From positions 3,643 to 67,642 of the forward strand of contig JAZQPI010000018.1 of the NCBI GenBank assembly GCA_045628545.1: a DNA stretch of 64,000 nucleotides, in the 5' to 3' direction. The notes under the pieces are model-generated. The model had not been told where the DNA came from. It did no database searches and saw only the letters and a program-made list of their open reading frames with translations. Numbering within the stretch: position 1 is the stretch's first letter; the number at the start of each line of letters is the position of its first letter. The DNA comes from Kiritimatiellia bacterium (GTDB lineage Bacteria; Verrucomicrobiota; Kiritimatiellia; RFP12; UBA1067). The position numbers were made by a program, and so were the translations under genes. This document shows positions 37,822 through 48,400 of this stretch, piece after piece.

Positions 37822-39545
37822 AAAGATGGTTGGCCAAAATCCGTCGGTTGTTCGCCTTTGAAACGAGCGCCCTGGTCAGGAAGAAGTTCATGCAGTTTCT
37901 GCCGGGGATGTTGCTGACCAATGTCTCGACCCTGATCCTGATCGATGTCGATAGCGTCGTAATCGGGAATATGGTCGGCAGCACGGCCTTTGCCGCCGTG
38001 GCGGTTATCGGCCCTATCGTTTCGCTGATCGGCGTGCTGGTTAGTGCGTTCGGCGGATTCTCGATCGGAGTCGCCCTTGGCCAGGCGATCGGGAGCAATG
38101 ACCTGCAGAAGCTGAGGGACTGCTATCGGTCCGGCATGGTTCTCGTGACATTGCTGGCGGTGGCCGTTGCCGTTGCCGAAGTGCCCTTGTTCAGATTCCT
38201 GATCGAGACTTCGGGCACGGGCGTCGAGTTGCAGCAGGAGGCTTGGGTCTATTCCAAGGGGATCATGATCGCGATGGTGATCGGCGTGTTCTCCACCTTC
38301 GGCACCTATGTGCTGATCGCCAACGGGCGTACCCGTTCGCTGCTTTATCTCACCGTTTTCGAGGGCGCCGTCAACATCGTCGCGGACGTCGTGTTCGTCA
38401 AGTACCTCGCGATGGGCACGGCCGGCGCCGGTTACGGCACGGCCGTCGCCAACGCTGTGCGGCTGGCTGCGACCGTTTTCGTGCTGTGGCGTGAGACCGA
38501 CGTCTTTCGGGATGTCCGCCTTGGACGGGCGCGGTCGATTCTCGAGATCATGGGCTTCGGTCGGTCGACGTTTGTTTCCGGTTTGGTCTGTGGCGTTTCT
38601 GATTATTGCATGAACCGTCTGATTGTCGGTTCGCTTGGCGATTCGGGGATGGTGATAAAGACCGTCGGCTGTTTCTGCGTGACGCTTGCCATTGCCGTTT
38701 ACGGCGGAATCGGACAATCTCTCGGGCCCCTGCTCGCACTCTTTGCGGGCGATGGCAGTTTTAAGGAGATGAGGCAGCTGTTTCAGTTCGGGGTTCGGGT
38801 CAGCATTGCCATGGTCGGTGTGCTTGCGATGGTCATTGTCGCGATGCCATTCGTCGTATGTGACCTGCTCGGCGTCACGGATCCACCGGACGGTGCCTTC
38901 ATAGTGGTTCGGTTCTATTGCCTTTTCTTCGTGTTTGCGGCTGTCAACTCCATGATCAACCTGTGTCTGATCAACCTGAAGAAACAGCTGGCGGCGACCG
39001 TGCTTTCGCTGCTTCAGAACGCGCTGCTGCTGCTGCCGTTCGCCTGGATGTTTAGCCTGATCGACGGTCGACTGCTGTTTTGCGGTTACCCGGCGACTTC
39101 GGCGGCGGTCATGATAATCGGCTGGATCTACATCCGATCTCGGTGGAGTCGGCTTGGCGACGGAACGCGGCGAATCTCCTTCGATCTCGTTCCCGAAAAC
39201 GTGTCGCCAACGGTCGAGGAACTGGTGAAAAAAAAGCTGCCGGATCTCGGGATCCCTCCGGCGCGGGCCCTCAGGATCGGTCTGGCTGTCGAGGAGACGA
39301 GCGCGTATGTCAAGTCCGCCAGGCAGGGAGAGGAAGTCCATCTGCATGTCCGGATCGGACTGGGGAAGGACAAGGTGACGGTGAGCGTCCTCGATGACGG
39401 CGAGCGCGTGGGACTTACGGACAAGATCAACGCCTTGGCCACGAATCTTGTTTACAACAACATCGGGATGATCAGCGCGATCTCCCAAAAGGTCAACTAC
39501 CAGTACGTGATGAACATGAACTTCACGACCTTGGAGGTGAAATGA
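37818..39545 (+). CDS. MATE-family transporter/flippase fused to a C-terminal HATPase (RsbW-like) domain
   Basis: About 12 TMs with DSVVIGNMVG and NIVADVVFV...MGTAGAGYGT; C-terminal LAVEE, VLDDG, IGMISAIS, YQYVMNMN. Confidence 0.8.
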   Translation: MKRWLAKIRRLFAFETSALVRKKFMQFLPGMLLTNVSTLILIDVDSVVIGNMVGSTAFAAVAVIGPIVSLIGVLVSAFGGFSIGVALGQAIGSNDLQKLRDCYRSGMVLVTLLAVAVAVAEVPLFRFLIETSGTGVELQQEAWVYSKGIMIAMVIGVFSTFGTYVLIANGRTRSLLYLTVFEGAVNIVADVVFVKYLAMGTAGAGYGTAVANAVRLAATVFVLWRETDVFRDVRLGRARSILEIMGFGRSTFVSGLVCGVSDYCMNRLIVGSLGDSGMVIKTVGCFCVTLAIAVYGGIGQSLGPLLALFAGDGSFKEMRQLFQFGVRVSIAMVGVLAMVIVAMPFVVCDLLGVTDPPDGAFIVVRFYCLFFVFAAVNSMINLCLINLKKQLAATVLSLLQNALLLLPFAWMFSLIDGRLLFCGYPATSAAVMIIGWIYIRSRWSRLGDGTRRISFDLVPENVSPTVEELVKKKLPDLGIPPARALRIGLAVEETSAYVKSARQGEEVHLHVRIGLGKDKVTVSVLDDGERVGLTDKINALATNLVYNNIGMISAISQKVNYQYVMNMNFTTLEVK

Positions 39546-40825
39546 TCAGGATTGGCAGTCCACAAGTTGAATCGGTCGCGGGAAGCGCTTATCTCAAGGC
39601 CCGGGTAAGCGTTGATGACGAGACCGCGCGGCGCTACATCGCGAAGACTGCGGTCTTGAAGAACTGCGCTTGGCTGACTGCCGTCGATTATCCTCCGACC
39701 GTCTGGCGCGAGACCGGCATATCCACCGAGCGAAGCGAGCTGCGTAGCAGACGCTATGCGGGGTGCGAACTCTGGTTCCGCGTGCCGGCGGAATACGGCG
39801 AGCGGCTCTGCACGGAGCGCAGCGACGCCTTCGTGGTCGCGATGCTGTGGTACGCGATGCTCGTCGGCTCGGACATCGAATTCGAAACGCCGATGTCGAA
39901 ACGGCTCCATCAGGGACTGACGGAAAAGCTTTTGCCGACGCTGGCGGAGCATGGCGCCGGGCGCATTCGGCTGCTCGGCCCCGTTTCCGACGCCGTCCTG
40001 CCTTGCGCGGGGGCGGTCGGAACCGGCATGTCGTGCGGGGTCGATTCGTTCTACACGATGATGACGCACGGCACCGGCTCGCAAGGTCCGCTTACGCATC
40101 TCACGTACTATGCGGCCGGTCTTCACGTTCCCCCGGGTTCGGACGATGTCGAAAAGACCTATGCCGCGCTTGAGCGGGTCGGAGCCGAAAACATCCGTAT
40201 GGCGGCGGCCGTGTCGGCGGCTTCGGGGCTGCCCTTCGTCTCGGTCGTGACTAATCTTGACCGGGACTTCTACCGTGGCGGGGTGGCCTACACGGCGATG
40301 TACCGCTATCTGGCCTGCACGCTCGCGCTCGGAAGGCTTTTCGGGACGTACGTCAGCTCGTCTTCCGGTCATGTCGGGGACCTTGGCGCCGGAGTCGTCG
40401 TCCCCACGCAGAATTACGAGCGGCTGATTTGCGATTGCTGCCAGACGGAGACGCTGGCCTATGTCAACAGCGACGAGGTCGCGCGGACGGAGAAGCTGAA
40501 GGTGGTCGCGGACAATCCGCTGTTCCAGCGGTACGCATCCGTCTGCTTCAACGACTGCGCCTGCGGGGAGTGCATCGGCTGCTGGAAGACGATGTTCCCG
40601 CTCGACATCCTCGGCAAGCTCGACTTGTTCGGCGGCGTCTTCGACCTGCCGCGCTACTACGCTCGCCGCGAGGAGCTGGTCCGCTCCTTCGTCAGATACG
40701 CCGCGAAGCCCGAGCTGGCGTCGGTCAAGGTGACGCTGGAGCAATTAGTTCGCCTGGCCGAAAGCGAATCGGGTGACAGCGCCGTCCGTTTCCGCGAACT
40801 GCTGAAAACTGCAATGATGGCTTGA
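39542..40825 (+). CDS. PP-loop / adenine-nucleotide-alpha-hydrolase-like protein, copy 1
   Basis: GMSCGVDSFYT PP-loop-like motif; C-terminal C-x3-CACGECIGCWKT Cys cluster. Confidence 0.6.
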   Translation: MIRIGSPQVESVAGSAYLKARVSVDDETARRYIAKTAVLKNCAWLTAVDYPPTVWRETGISTERSELRSRRYAGCELWFRVPAEYGERLCTERSDAFVVAMLWYAMLVGSDIEFETPMSKRLHQGLTEKLLPTLAEHGAGRIRLLGPVSDAVLPCAGAVGTGMSCGVDSFYTMMTHGTGSQGPLTHLTYYAAGLHVPPGSDDVEKTYAALERVGAENIRMAAAVSAASGLPFVSVVTNLDRDFYRGGVAYTAMYRYLACTLALGRLFGTYVSSSSGHVGDLGAGVVVPTQNYERLICDCCQTETLAYVNSDEVARTEKLKVVADNPLFQRYASVCFNDCACGECIGCWKTMFPLDILGKLDLFGGVFDLPRYYARREELVRSFVRYAAKPELASVKVTLEQLVRLAESESGDSAVRFRELLKTAMMA

Positions 40826-40848
40826 TTCGGAAGCCAGGGGGAGAAAAG

Positions 40849-41841
40849 ATGGTCGTCAGCGAGTTTACGGATTTCTGGAAGAACTTCGAGAAGTATTTCG
40901 GGCATTGCGGATTCTTCGAGAAGTGCCGGATCTTTCTTGATTGCTGCGGCGAATACCGCCGGAGCATGATGACCTGCGAAAGGTACGGCCTTTTGCGCTT
41001 CGACCGGGTGAGCCGCAGCGAGCGGGCAAAGTACGTCACCTTGGGGCGTTTGCTGAAGTTCTACCGCAGCGTCAACGATCCGGTGCTGTCGATAATGGTT
41101 GGCGACAAGCTTTCGTTTCACCGCCTGTATGCGGAGTTCACCGGGAGAAGGTCTCTCGATCTGCGGACGGCGAACCGCGAATCCGTGGCCGCATTGGCGG
41201 AGAAGAACCCCAGGGTCTTCGTCAAGCCGCGAAACGGCTGCTGCGGTGTCGGCTGCGCCATCGAGGATTGTTCGACGGACGACGCGAGAGCCGCGCTGCT
41301 GGCGAAATACGGCGGTTCGAATTTCGTGGCGGAGGAGGTCATCGTCCAACACGAAGGCCTGGCGGCGCTGAATCCGCTGGGCGTCAACCCGATTCGAATC
41401 ACCACCTTTCTCTGCCGTGACGGAAGAGTGGAATTCCCAGTCGGTCTGGCTTCTGTCAGTGTCGGAGTTGATGCTTCTTCGGCCGTCAATTTGTCGCGTG
41501 GCGCACTGGAAGCGCCAATTGACCTGAAGACAGGCAGAATCTTCCGGGATGCGTCTGACTCCTTTGGTCACCGAGTGGCGCGCCATCCGGTGAGCGGCGT
41601 TCCGTTTGTCGGCCATGAGATTCCTTGTTGGGAGAAGGTGGTCGATACGGCCGTGAAACTGGCGCGAGTCGTTCCGGATGTGCCTTTCGTCGGGTGGGAT
41701 CTGACGGTTAGTGCGGATGGACGGGTTGTCGCCATCGAGGGCAATCCGATTCCCGATTTAACCTCGCCCCAGATTTGGACCGGCGGACTTCAGCCCCGGC
41801 TTGACGCCTTGCTGAAAGACGCACGAACATCCGTTGGTTGA
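40849..41841 (+). CDS. Sugar-transfer-associated ATP-grasp protein, copy 1
   Basis: DKLSF, FVKP..GCCGVG, EEVIVQH, VNPIRITT, HPVSG, VGWD, IEGN. Confidence 0.85.
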   Translation: MVVSEFTDFWKNFEKYFGHCGFFEKCRIFLDCCGEYRRSMMTCERYGLLRFDRVSRSERAKYVTLGRLLKFYRSVNDPVLSIMVGDKLSFHRLYAEFTGRRSLDLRTANRESVAALAEKNPRVFVKPRNGCCGVGCAIEDCSTDDARAALLAKYGGSNFVAEEVIVQHEGLAALNPLGVNPIRITTFLCRDGRVEFPVGLASVSVGVDASSAVNLSRGALEAPIDLKTGRIFRDASDSFGHRVARHPVSGVPFVGHEIPCWEKVVDTAVKLARVVPDVPFVGWDLTVSADGRVVAIEGNPIPDLTSPQIWTGGLQPRLDALLKDARTSVG

Positions 41842-41885
41842 CAATGAAAGGAGATGAACATGAACTTCACGACCTTGGAGGTGAA

Positions 41886-43169
41886 ATGATCAGCATCGGC
41901 AGTCCACAAGTTGAATCAGTCGCGGGAAGCGCTTATCTCAAGGCCCGGGTAAGCGTTGATGACGAGACCGCGCAGCGCTACATCACGAAGACGGCGGCAC
42001 TGAAGAACTGCGGCTGGCTGACCGCCGTCGATTATCCTCCGGCCGCCTGGCGCGAGACAGGCATGTCCCCCGAGCGAAGCGAGCTGCGTAGCAGGCGCTA
42101 TGCGGGGTGCGAGCTCTGGTTCCGCGTGCCGGCTGAATACGGCGAATATCTCTGCACGGAGCGCAGCGACGCCTTCGTGGTCGCGATGCTGTGGTACGCG
42201 ATGCTCACCGGCTCGGACATCGAATTCGAAACGCCGATGTCGAAACGACTCCACCGGGGGCTGACGGAAAAGCTTTTGCCGGCGCTGGCGGAGAATGGCG
42301 CCGGGCGCATTCGGCTGCTCGGCCCCGTTTCTGACGCAGTCCTGTCTTGCGCGGGGGCGGTCGGGACCGGCATGTCGAGCGGAGTCGATTCGTTTTACAC
42401 GGTGATGACGCACGGCGCGAATACGCCGCGTCCGTTGACTCATTTGACATATTATACTGCATTTAGCCTCGTCCCGTTTGGTTCGACAGACGTCGTGAAG
42501 ACCTTTGACGCGATTGATAAGATCTTTGACGAGGAAGTCCGTCATGCGTCGGAAGTGACGTCGGCTTTGGGACTGTCCTTCGTCCCTGTCCGCACCAACC
42601 TGGATCGGGATTTCTGCCGGGGCGGGATGATTTACTCGGGGATGTACCGCAGTCTCGCGTCCACGCTTGCGCTTGGCAAGCTTTTTGGCACGTACTACAG
42701 TTCCTCCTCAGGGCACGGCAGGGATCTGGGTGCCAGGATCATCGCTCAGACGCAGAACTATGAACACCTTATCTGCGACAGCTGTCAGACGGAGACGCTA
42801 ACCTATATCAACAGCGACGACGTTTTGCGGGCAGAGAAGCTGAGATTGCTTGCGGACAATCCGCTGTTTCGGCGGCACATGTCCGTCTGCTACCACTTGT
42901 GCGCCTGCGGGGAGTGCATCGGCTGCTGGAAGACGATGTTCCCGCTCGACATCCTCGGCAAGCTCGACTTGTTCGGCGACGTCTTCGACCTGCCGCGCTA
43001 TTATGCGCACCGCGAGGAGCTGCTCCGCTCTTTCGTCAGTTACGCCGTGAAGCCCGGGCAGGAGTCGCTCAAGGTGACGCTGGAGCAATTAGTTCGCCTG
43101 GCCGAAAGCGAATCGGGTGACAGCGCCGTCCGTTTCCGGGAACTGCTGAAAACTGCAATGATGGCTTGA
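41886..43169 (+). CDS. PP-loop / ANH-like protein, copy 2
   Basis: GMSSGVDSFYT; CACGECIGCWKT; paralog of 39542-40825. Confidence 0.6.
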   Translation: MISIGSPQVESVAGSAYLKARVSVDDETAQRYITKTAALKNCGWLTAVDYPPAAWRETGMSPERSELRSRRYAGCELWFRVPAEYGEYLCTERSDAFVVAMLWYAMLTGSDIEFETPMSKRLHRGLTEKLLPALAENGAGRIRLLGPVSDAVLSCAGAVGTGMSSGVDSFYTVMTHGANTPRPLTHLTYYTAFSLVPFGSTDVVKTFDAIDKIFDEEVRHASEVTSALGLSFVPVRTNLDRDFCRGGMIYSGMYRSLASTLALGKLFGTYYSSSSGHGRDLGARIIAQTQNYEHLICDSCQTETLTYINSDDVLRAEKLRLLADNPLFRRHMSVCYHLCACGECIGCWKTMFPLDILGKLDLFGDVFDLPRYYAHREELLRSFVSYAVKPGQESLKVTLEQLVRLAESESGDSAVRFRELLKTAMMA

Positions 43170-43192
43170 TCCGGAAACCAGGGAGAGAAAAG

Positions 43193-44170
43193 ATGATCGT
43201 CAGTGAGTTTACGGATTTCTGGAAGAACTTCGAGAAGTGTTTCGGGCATCGCGGATTCTTCGAGAAGTGCCGGATCTTTCTTGATTGCTGCGGTGAATAC
43301 CGCCGGAGCATGATGACCTGCGAAAGGTACGGCCTTTTGCGCTTTTACCGGTTGAGCTGCGGCGAGCGGGCAAAGTACGTCACCTTAGGGCGTTCGCTGA
43401 AGTTCTCCCGCAGTGTCAACGATCCGGTGCTGTCGACAATGGTTGGCGACAAGCTTTCGTTTCACCGCCTGTATGCGGAGTTTGCCGGGAGAAGCGTTCT
43501 CGATCTGCGGACGGCGGACCAGGAGGCCGTGGCCGCATTTGCGCAGAAGAACCCCAGGGTCTTCGTCAAGCCGCGGGACGGCTGCTGCGGGGTCGGCTGC
43601 GCCATCGAGGATTGTTCGACGGACGACGCGAGAGCCGCGCTGCTGGCGAAATACGGCGGTTCGAATTTCGTGGCGGAGGAGGTCATCGTCCAGCATGAAG
43701 GCCTGGCGGCGTTGAATCCGCTGAGCGTCAACACGATCCGAATCACCACCTTCCTCCGCCGTGACGGCAGGGTTGAATTCCCGGTCGGTTTGGCCGTTGT
43801 CAAGATAGGCGTGGATGGCTCTCCGGCCGTCAATTTGGCGCGCGGCGGACTGATTGCGCCAGTTGACCTGAAGACCGGCAGAGTCATCAGGGATGCGATT
43901 GACGCCTTTGGCGGCAGCGCGGCGCGCCATCCGGTGAGCGGCGTTCCGTTTGTCGGCCATGAGATTCCTTGCTGGGAGAAGGTGGTCGATACGGCCGCGA
44001 AACTGGCGCGAGTCGTGCCCGAGGTGCCTTGGGTCGGGTGGGACCTGACGGTTAATGCGGATGGACGGGTTGTCGCCATCGAGGGCAATACGATCCCCGA
44101 GATCATCTGCGCTCAAGTCTGGACCGGGGGGCTTCAGCCCAGGCTTGACGCCTTGCTGAAAGAGGCCTGA
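43193..44170 (+). CDS. Sugar-transfer-associated ATP-grasp protein, copy 2
   Basis: SVNTIRITT, VGWD, IEGNTIP; paralog of 40849-41841. Confidence 0.85.
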   Translation: MIVSEFTDFWKNFEKCFGHRGFFEKCRIFLDCCGEYRRSMMTCERYGLLRFYRLSCGERAKYVTLGRSLKFSRSVNDPVLSTMVGDKLSFHRLYAEFAGRSVLDLRTADQEAVAAFAQKNPRVFVKPRDGCCGVGCAIEDCSTDDARAALLAKYGGSNFVAEEVIVQHEGLAALNPLSVNTIRITTFLRRDGRVEFPVGLAVVKIGVDGSPAVNLARGGLIAPVDLKTGRVIRDAIDAFGGSAARHPVSGVPFVGHEIPCWEKVVDTAAKLARVVPEVPWVGWDLTVNADGRVVAIEGNTIPEIICAQVWTGGLQPRLDALLKEA

Positions 44171-44201
44171 ACCGCTGTTTATGGACATTGAGAGGATGCA
44201 C

Positions 44202-45428
44202 ATGAAAGAAGTAAAATCGAAGAAGTCGCCGACCTTCGCCGTTCTGACGGCGGTCGGGCTGGTGTTTATCGGATGGTTCGGGCGCGAACTGATGCCGACG
44301 TTCGGCGGCGCCGCGCGGACTGGCGGCGGCGCGGCACTGCCGACGGTGGCGGTGGCGAAAGTCGGCAGACGGACGATCAACCCCGTCGAGTGGTATGTCG
44401 GGCATGTCGAGCCGATTCAGGAGATCGACGTGCTGCCGCAGATCGACGGATACCTCGAGAAGGTCAATTTCAGCGAGGGCGATCTCGTCAAGGCCGGGGA
44501 CGTCCTCTTCGAGATCGACCAGGACCGCTATGTCGCCCAGAACGAGATCGCGAAGGCCGGCCTTGCCCGTGCGGAGGCCGAGGTCGAGCAGGCCGAGGCG
44601 GCGTTCGACAAGGCGCAACGCTACTGGAAGCGGATGTGTTCGACCGACCAGCGCGGCGTCGCGCAGAACGAACGCGACGCCGCCGAGACCGGACTCGCCT
44701 CGGACAAGGCCCTGCTGGTCAGGGCGAAGGCGGCCGTCAAGGAGGCCCAGGCGCAGCTGGCGGTGAGCGAGTTCAACCTGCGGCACACCGTCGTCCGGGC
44801 GCCGTTTTCCGGACGGATCGGCAAGGCCTTCGCGCATGTCGGCGATTACGTCGCGCCGTCCAAGGGCTCCATGGCCCACCTTGTGCAGGTGAATCCGATC
44901 CGCGTCGCGTTTCCGATGACCGACCGCGGCTACCTGGAGCTGGCGCGGCAGGCGGAGAAGAGCGGCAAGACGGTCGGCGAGGCCCTGCGGCTGCGGCTCC
45001 GGCTGGCGGACGGATCCGTCTATCCCGATGTCGGACGTTGGGCTTTCGCCGACAACGAGATGAGCGCCGAAGCGGCGACGGTGTCGATCCGCGTCGAGTT
45101 CAACAATGCGAAGGAGACGCTGAAGTCCAAAGCGTATGTCGAGGTGCTGGTGGACGCGAGCGCCACGTCGACGGTTCTCGCCGTGCCGAAATCGGCGCTT
45201 GCGCACGGCCGGGTCGTCAACGGACTTTGGATCCTGAAGGAAGACGGTTCCGTCACGTTGCGCGAGGTCAAGGTCGGGCGTTCCGACGGCGCGTACGCCG
45301 AGATTCTCGGCGGCGTCGCCGAAGGCGAGACATACGTTCTGGAGGGGGTCTCGAAGGTTTCGGAGGGCCAGAAGGTCGAAGTCGTCCCCGCCGTTGACGC
45401 CGAGGCTGGCGAAGGGGAGGGTAGATGA
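44202..45428 (+). CDS. RND efflux periplasmic adaptor (MFP), second
   Basis: PQIDGYLEKVNFSEGDLVKAGDVLF, APFSGRIGK; paralog of 15667-16893. Confidence 0.92.
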   Translation: MKEVKSKKSPTFAVLTAVGLVFIGWFGRELMPTFGGAARTGGGAALPTVAVAKVGRRTINPVEWYVGHVEPIQEIDVLPQIDGYLEKVNFSEGDLVKAGDVLFEIDQDRYVAQNEIAKAGLARAEAEVEQAEAAFDKAQRYWKRMCSTDQRGVAQNERDAAETGLASDKALLVRAKAAVKEAQAQLAVSEFNLRHTVVRAPFSGRIGKAFAHVGDYVAPSKGSMAHLVQVNPIRVAFPMTDRGYLELARQAEKSGKTVGEALRLRLRLADGSVYPDVGRWAFADNEMSAEAATVSIRVEFNNAKETLKSKAYVEVLVDASATSTVLAVPKSALAHGRVVNGLWILKEDGSVTLREVKVGRSDGAYAEILGGVAEGETYVLEGVSKVSEGQKVEVVPAVDAEAGEGEGR

Positions 45429-48400
45429 AACTTTCCGTTCGCGCCGCCGTCGACCAGCTGCGGCCCTTTTCGCGTTATTTCATCGAGCGTCCGCGTTTCG
45501 CCACGGTCATTCCCCTCGTCATGATCATCGCGGGCGTCGTGTCGCTGCTGCGGCTGCCGATGGCTCAGTACCCGGAGGTGACGCCGCCTGTAATCACCGT
45601 GCAATGCGCCTATCCCGGGGCCAGCACCCACGAACTGATGCAGACCGTGGCGGAGGTCATCGAGGACGAGGTGAACGGCGTCGAGCGGATGCTCTTCATG
45701 TCTTCGACGATGTCCGACGACGGCTCCTATCGGCTTGGCATCACGTTTGACGTCGGGACCGATCGCGACGTGGCGCTCATGAAGGTGCAGTCGCGCGTCC
45801 AGCAGGCGATGTCCCGGCTGCCGGTTGAAGTCCGGGACTGCGGCATCAACGTTTCGGCCGGGGTGGTCGAGATGATCGGCATCGTCAACGTCTGGTCTCG
45901 CGACGGCGGCCTCAGCCGTCTGCAGATTTCGGATTACGTGAACGAGACGCTGCGCCCGGAACTTCAGCGCGTGCCGGACGTCGGCTTGGTCGCGACGGAT
46001 GCGCTTCGGAGCACCATCCGCGTCTGGATCGACCCGCTGCGCTGCGCGGCGCAATCCATCGGCTCGGACGAGATCATCGAGGTCATTCGCCGGCAGAACG
46101 TGCAGGCTGCGCTCGGGACGGTCGGCCAGCTGCCGTCGCAGGATTCTCCCCAGCTGGTGACGCTGAGGTCCGAGGGACGCCTCTCGTCTCCCGAGGAGTT
46201 CGGCGAGATGATCGTCAAGCGCGACGGGAACGGCTCCGTTGTCCGGCTCAAGGACATCGCCAGAATCGAGGTCGGACCCCAGAGTTATCGCACGTCCGCC
46301 GCCTACAACAACCGGGACGCGGTGACGCTTTACGTTTTCCGCACCTACGACTGCAACGCGGTCACGATGATGGACGGAGTGCGGGATTGCGTCCGGAAGC
46401 TCGAGCGCACCTTCCCCGGCGATCTCGAATGGGACGTGTCCTACGACGCCACCCGGTTCATCTGCGCGAGCGTGCGCGAATCGATGGTGACGCTGGTAAT
46501 GTCGATTGTCCTCGTCGCCCTCGTCTGCTGGCTGTTCATGCGGAGCTGGCGCGCGACGCTCATTCCCGTCGCGGTGATTCCGGTTTCGGTCCTCGCGACC
46601 TTCACGGTGATGGCCGCCTGCGGCTATTCGCTCAATGCGCTGACGATGTTCGGGCTGATCCTTGCCATCGGCACTGTCGTTGACGATGCCATCGTCGTCG
46701 TCGAACGCGTCCAGTTCCTGATTGAAAAGGGGCTGAACGCGAAGGAGGCGGCGATTCACGCCATGCAGGACGTCACCGGGGCGGTCATCGCGACGACCCT
46801 CGTCCTGCTCGGAATCTTCCTGCCGACCGCCTTTCTCACGGGCATGACCAGCATGCTCTACCGCCAGTTCGCGATCACGATCTCGGCCGCCGTCACGTTC
46901 TCGACCGTCTGCGCGCTGACCCTCTCCCCCGCGCTCTGCGCGCTGCTGCTGAAACCCGAGGAGCCGGCCTGCGGGAAACGGAACGGGCTGCGGATGTTCG
47001 AGGTGCTGCTGGACCGCCTCTCGACGAAATGCGCGGTTTTTTCCGGGCGCCTGGTGGCGCGTCCGGTTTCGGCAATGGTGATGCTGACGGTGATCCTCCT
47101 GTGGTCAGTCCATCTCGGACGGACGCTGCCGGATTCCTTCGTGCCGACCGAGGACCGTTGCCTGCTGTTCGCAAACGTCCATTTCCCCGACGGTTGCACC
47201 AGGCCCCGCACCGAACGCCTTTGCCGAAAACTGGCCGATGAGTTCCGTGCCGTTGACGGGGTCGCGGGAGTCACCTCGCTGATCGGCGAAGGCGACGGCG
47301 GCGAATGCGAGAACCTCGGCTATTTCAACATTATGCTGCGCTCCTGGCAGGAGCGCGAGCAAAGCGGCCGAAGCTGGGAGGCGATCCTTGAGGACATCCG
47401 CGCGATCGGCAACCGGGTGCCGGCGGCGGATTTCCATGCCTACACGGGCGCTCCCATCCCGGGGCTCGGTTCGGGCGGAACCGTCAGCTTCGGCATCTCC
47501 TCGAATGACAGCGACTGGCATCGCCTGATGCAGGTCGCGGAACGCGTGAAACGGCGGCTCGACGATTCCCCGCTCATCAAGGCGACCTATACTGACTCCT
47601 ACGATTCCATGCCCTACTGCCAGCTGACCGTGAACCGCGCGAAGTGCGAATCGTACCAGGTGCCGGTCGGGACGCTTTTCTCGACGCTTCAGCATTACAT
47701 CGGTTCCTACTATGTGAACGACGTCAATCTCGGAAGCCAGGTCAACCGCGTCGTGATTCAGGCCGACGAACGCGGGCGCGACTCGGTCGAGGCGGCGAGA
47801 CGGGTGTTCGTGAAGTCGCAGACCGGCGCGATGGTTCCGGTCGATTCCCTGGTGTCGACCGAGATGACGGTGGACGGGCGCTGGTGTACCCGGTACAACA
47901 AGCGGCTGATAACCAATCTGATGAGCGTGCCGAAGCCGGGGGTTTCCACCGGTGACGCCATGCGGGAGATCGGCCGGATTCTGGCGGAGAGCCTCCCCGC
48001 CGACTATTTCCCAGAGTGGCAGGGCGCGACCTGGCACGAAAACCGCGAGCAGGGGAAGGTGCTGCCCATTCTGGCGCTGGCCGTGCTGTTCGGCTATCTC
48101 TTCCTCGTCGCGCAGTACGAGAGCTGGCTCATGCCCGTCCCCGTCATGCTGTCGGTCGTGGTGGCGATTCTCGGCGCGTTTATCGGACTTTGGTGCGCTG
48201 GGCTCCCCACCAGCGTCTATTCGCGGCTGGGGATGATCCTGCTCATCGGGCTTGCCGCCAAAAACGCGATTCTGATCGTCGAGTTCTCGAAGGAGGCGCA
48301 TGATCGGGACAACCTGCCGGTTCGCAGTGCGGCGGCGGTCGGGGTCATCGAGCGTTTCCGGGCGGTGCTGATGACCGCGTTCACCTTCGTCCTCGGCGTC

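Larger units (their letters stand above)
39509..44163 (+). repeat. Tandem duplication of a 2311-bp two-gene unit (39509-41819 and 41853-44163)
   Basis: Constant offset of 2344 bp at unit start, both gene starts and unit end; near-identical ends and a diverged middle. Confidence 0.93.
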
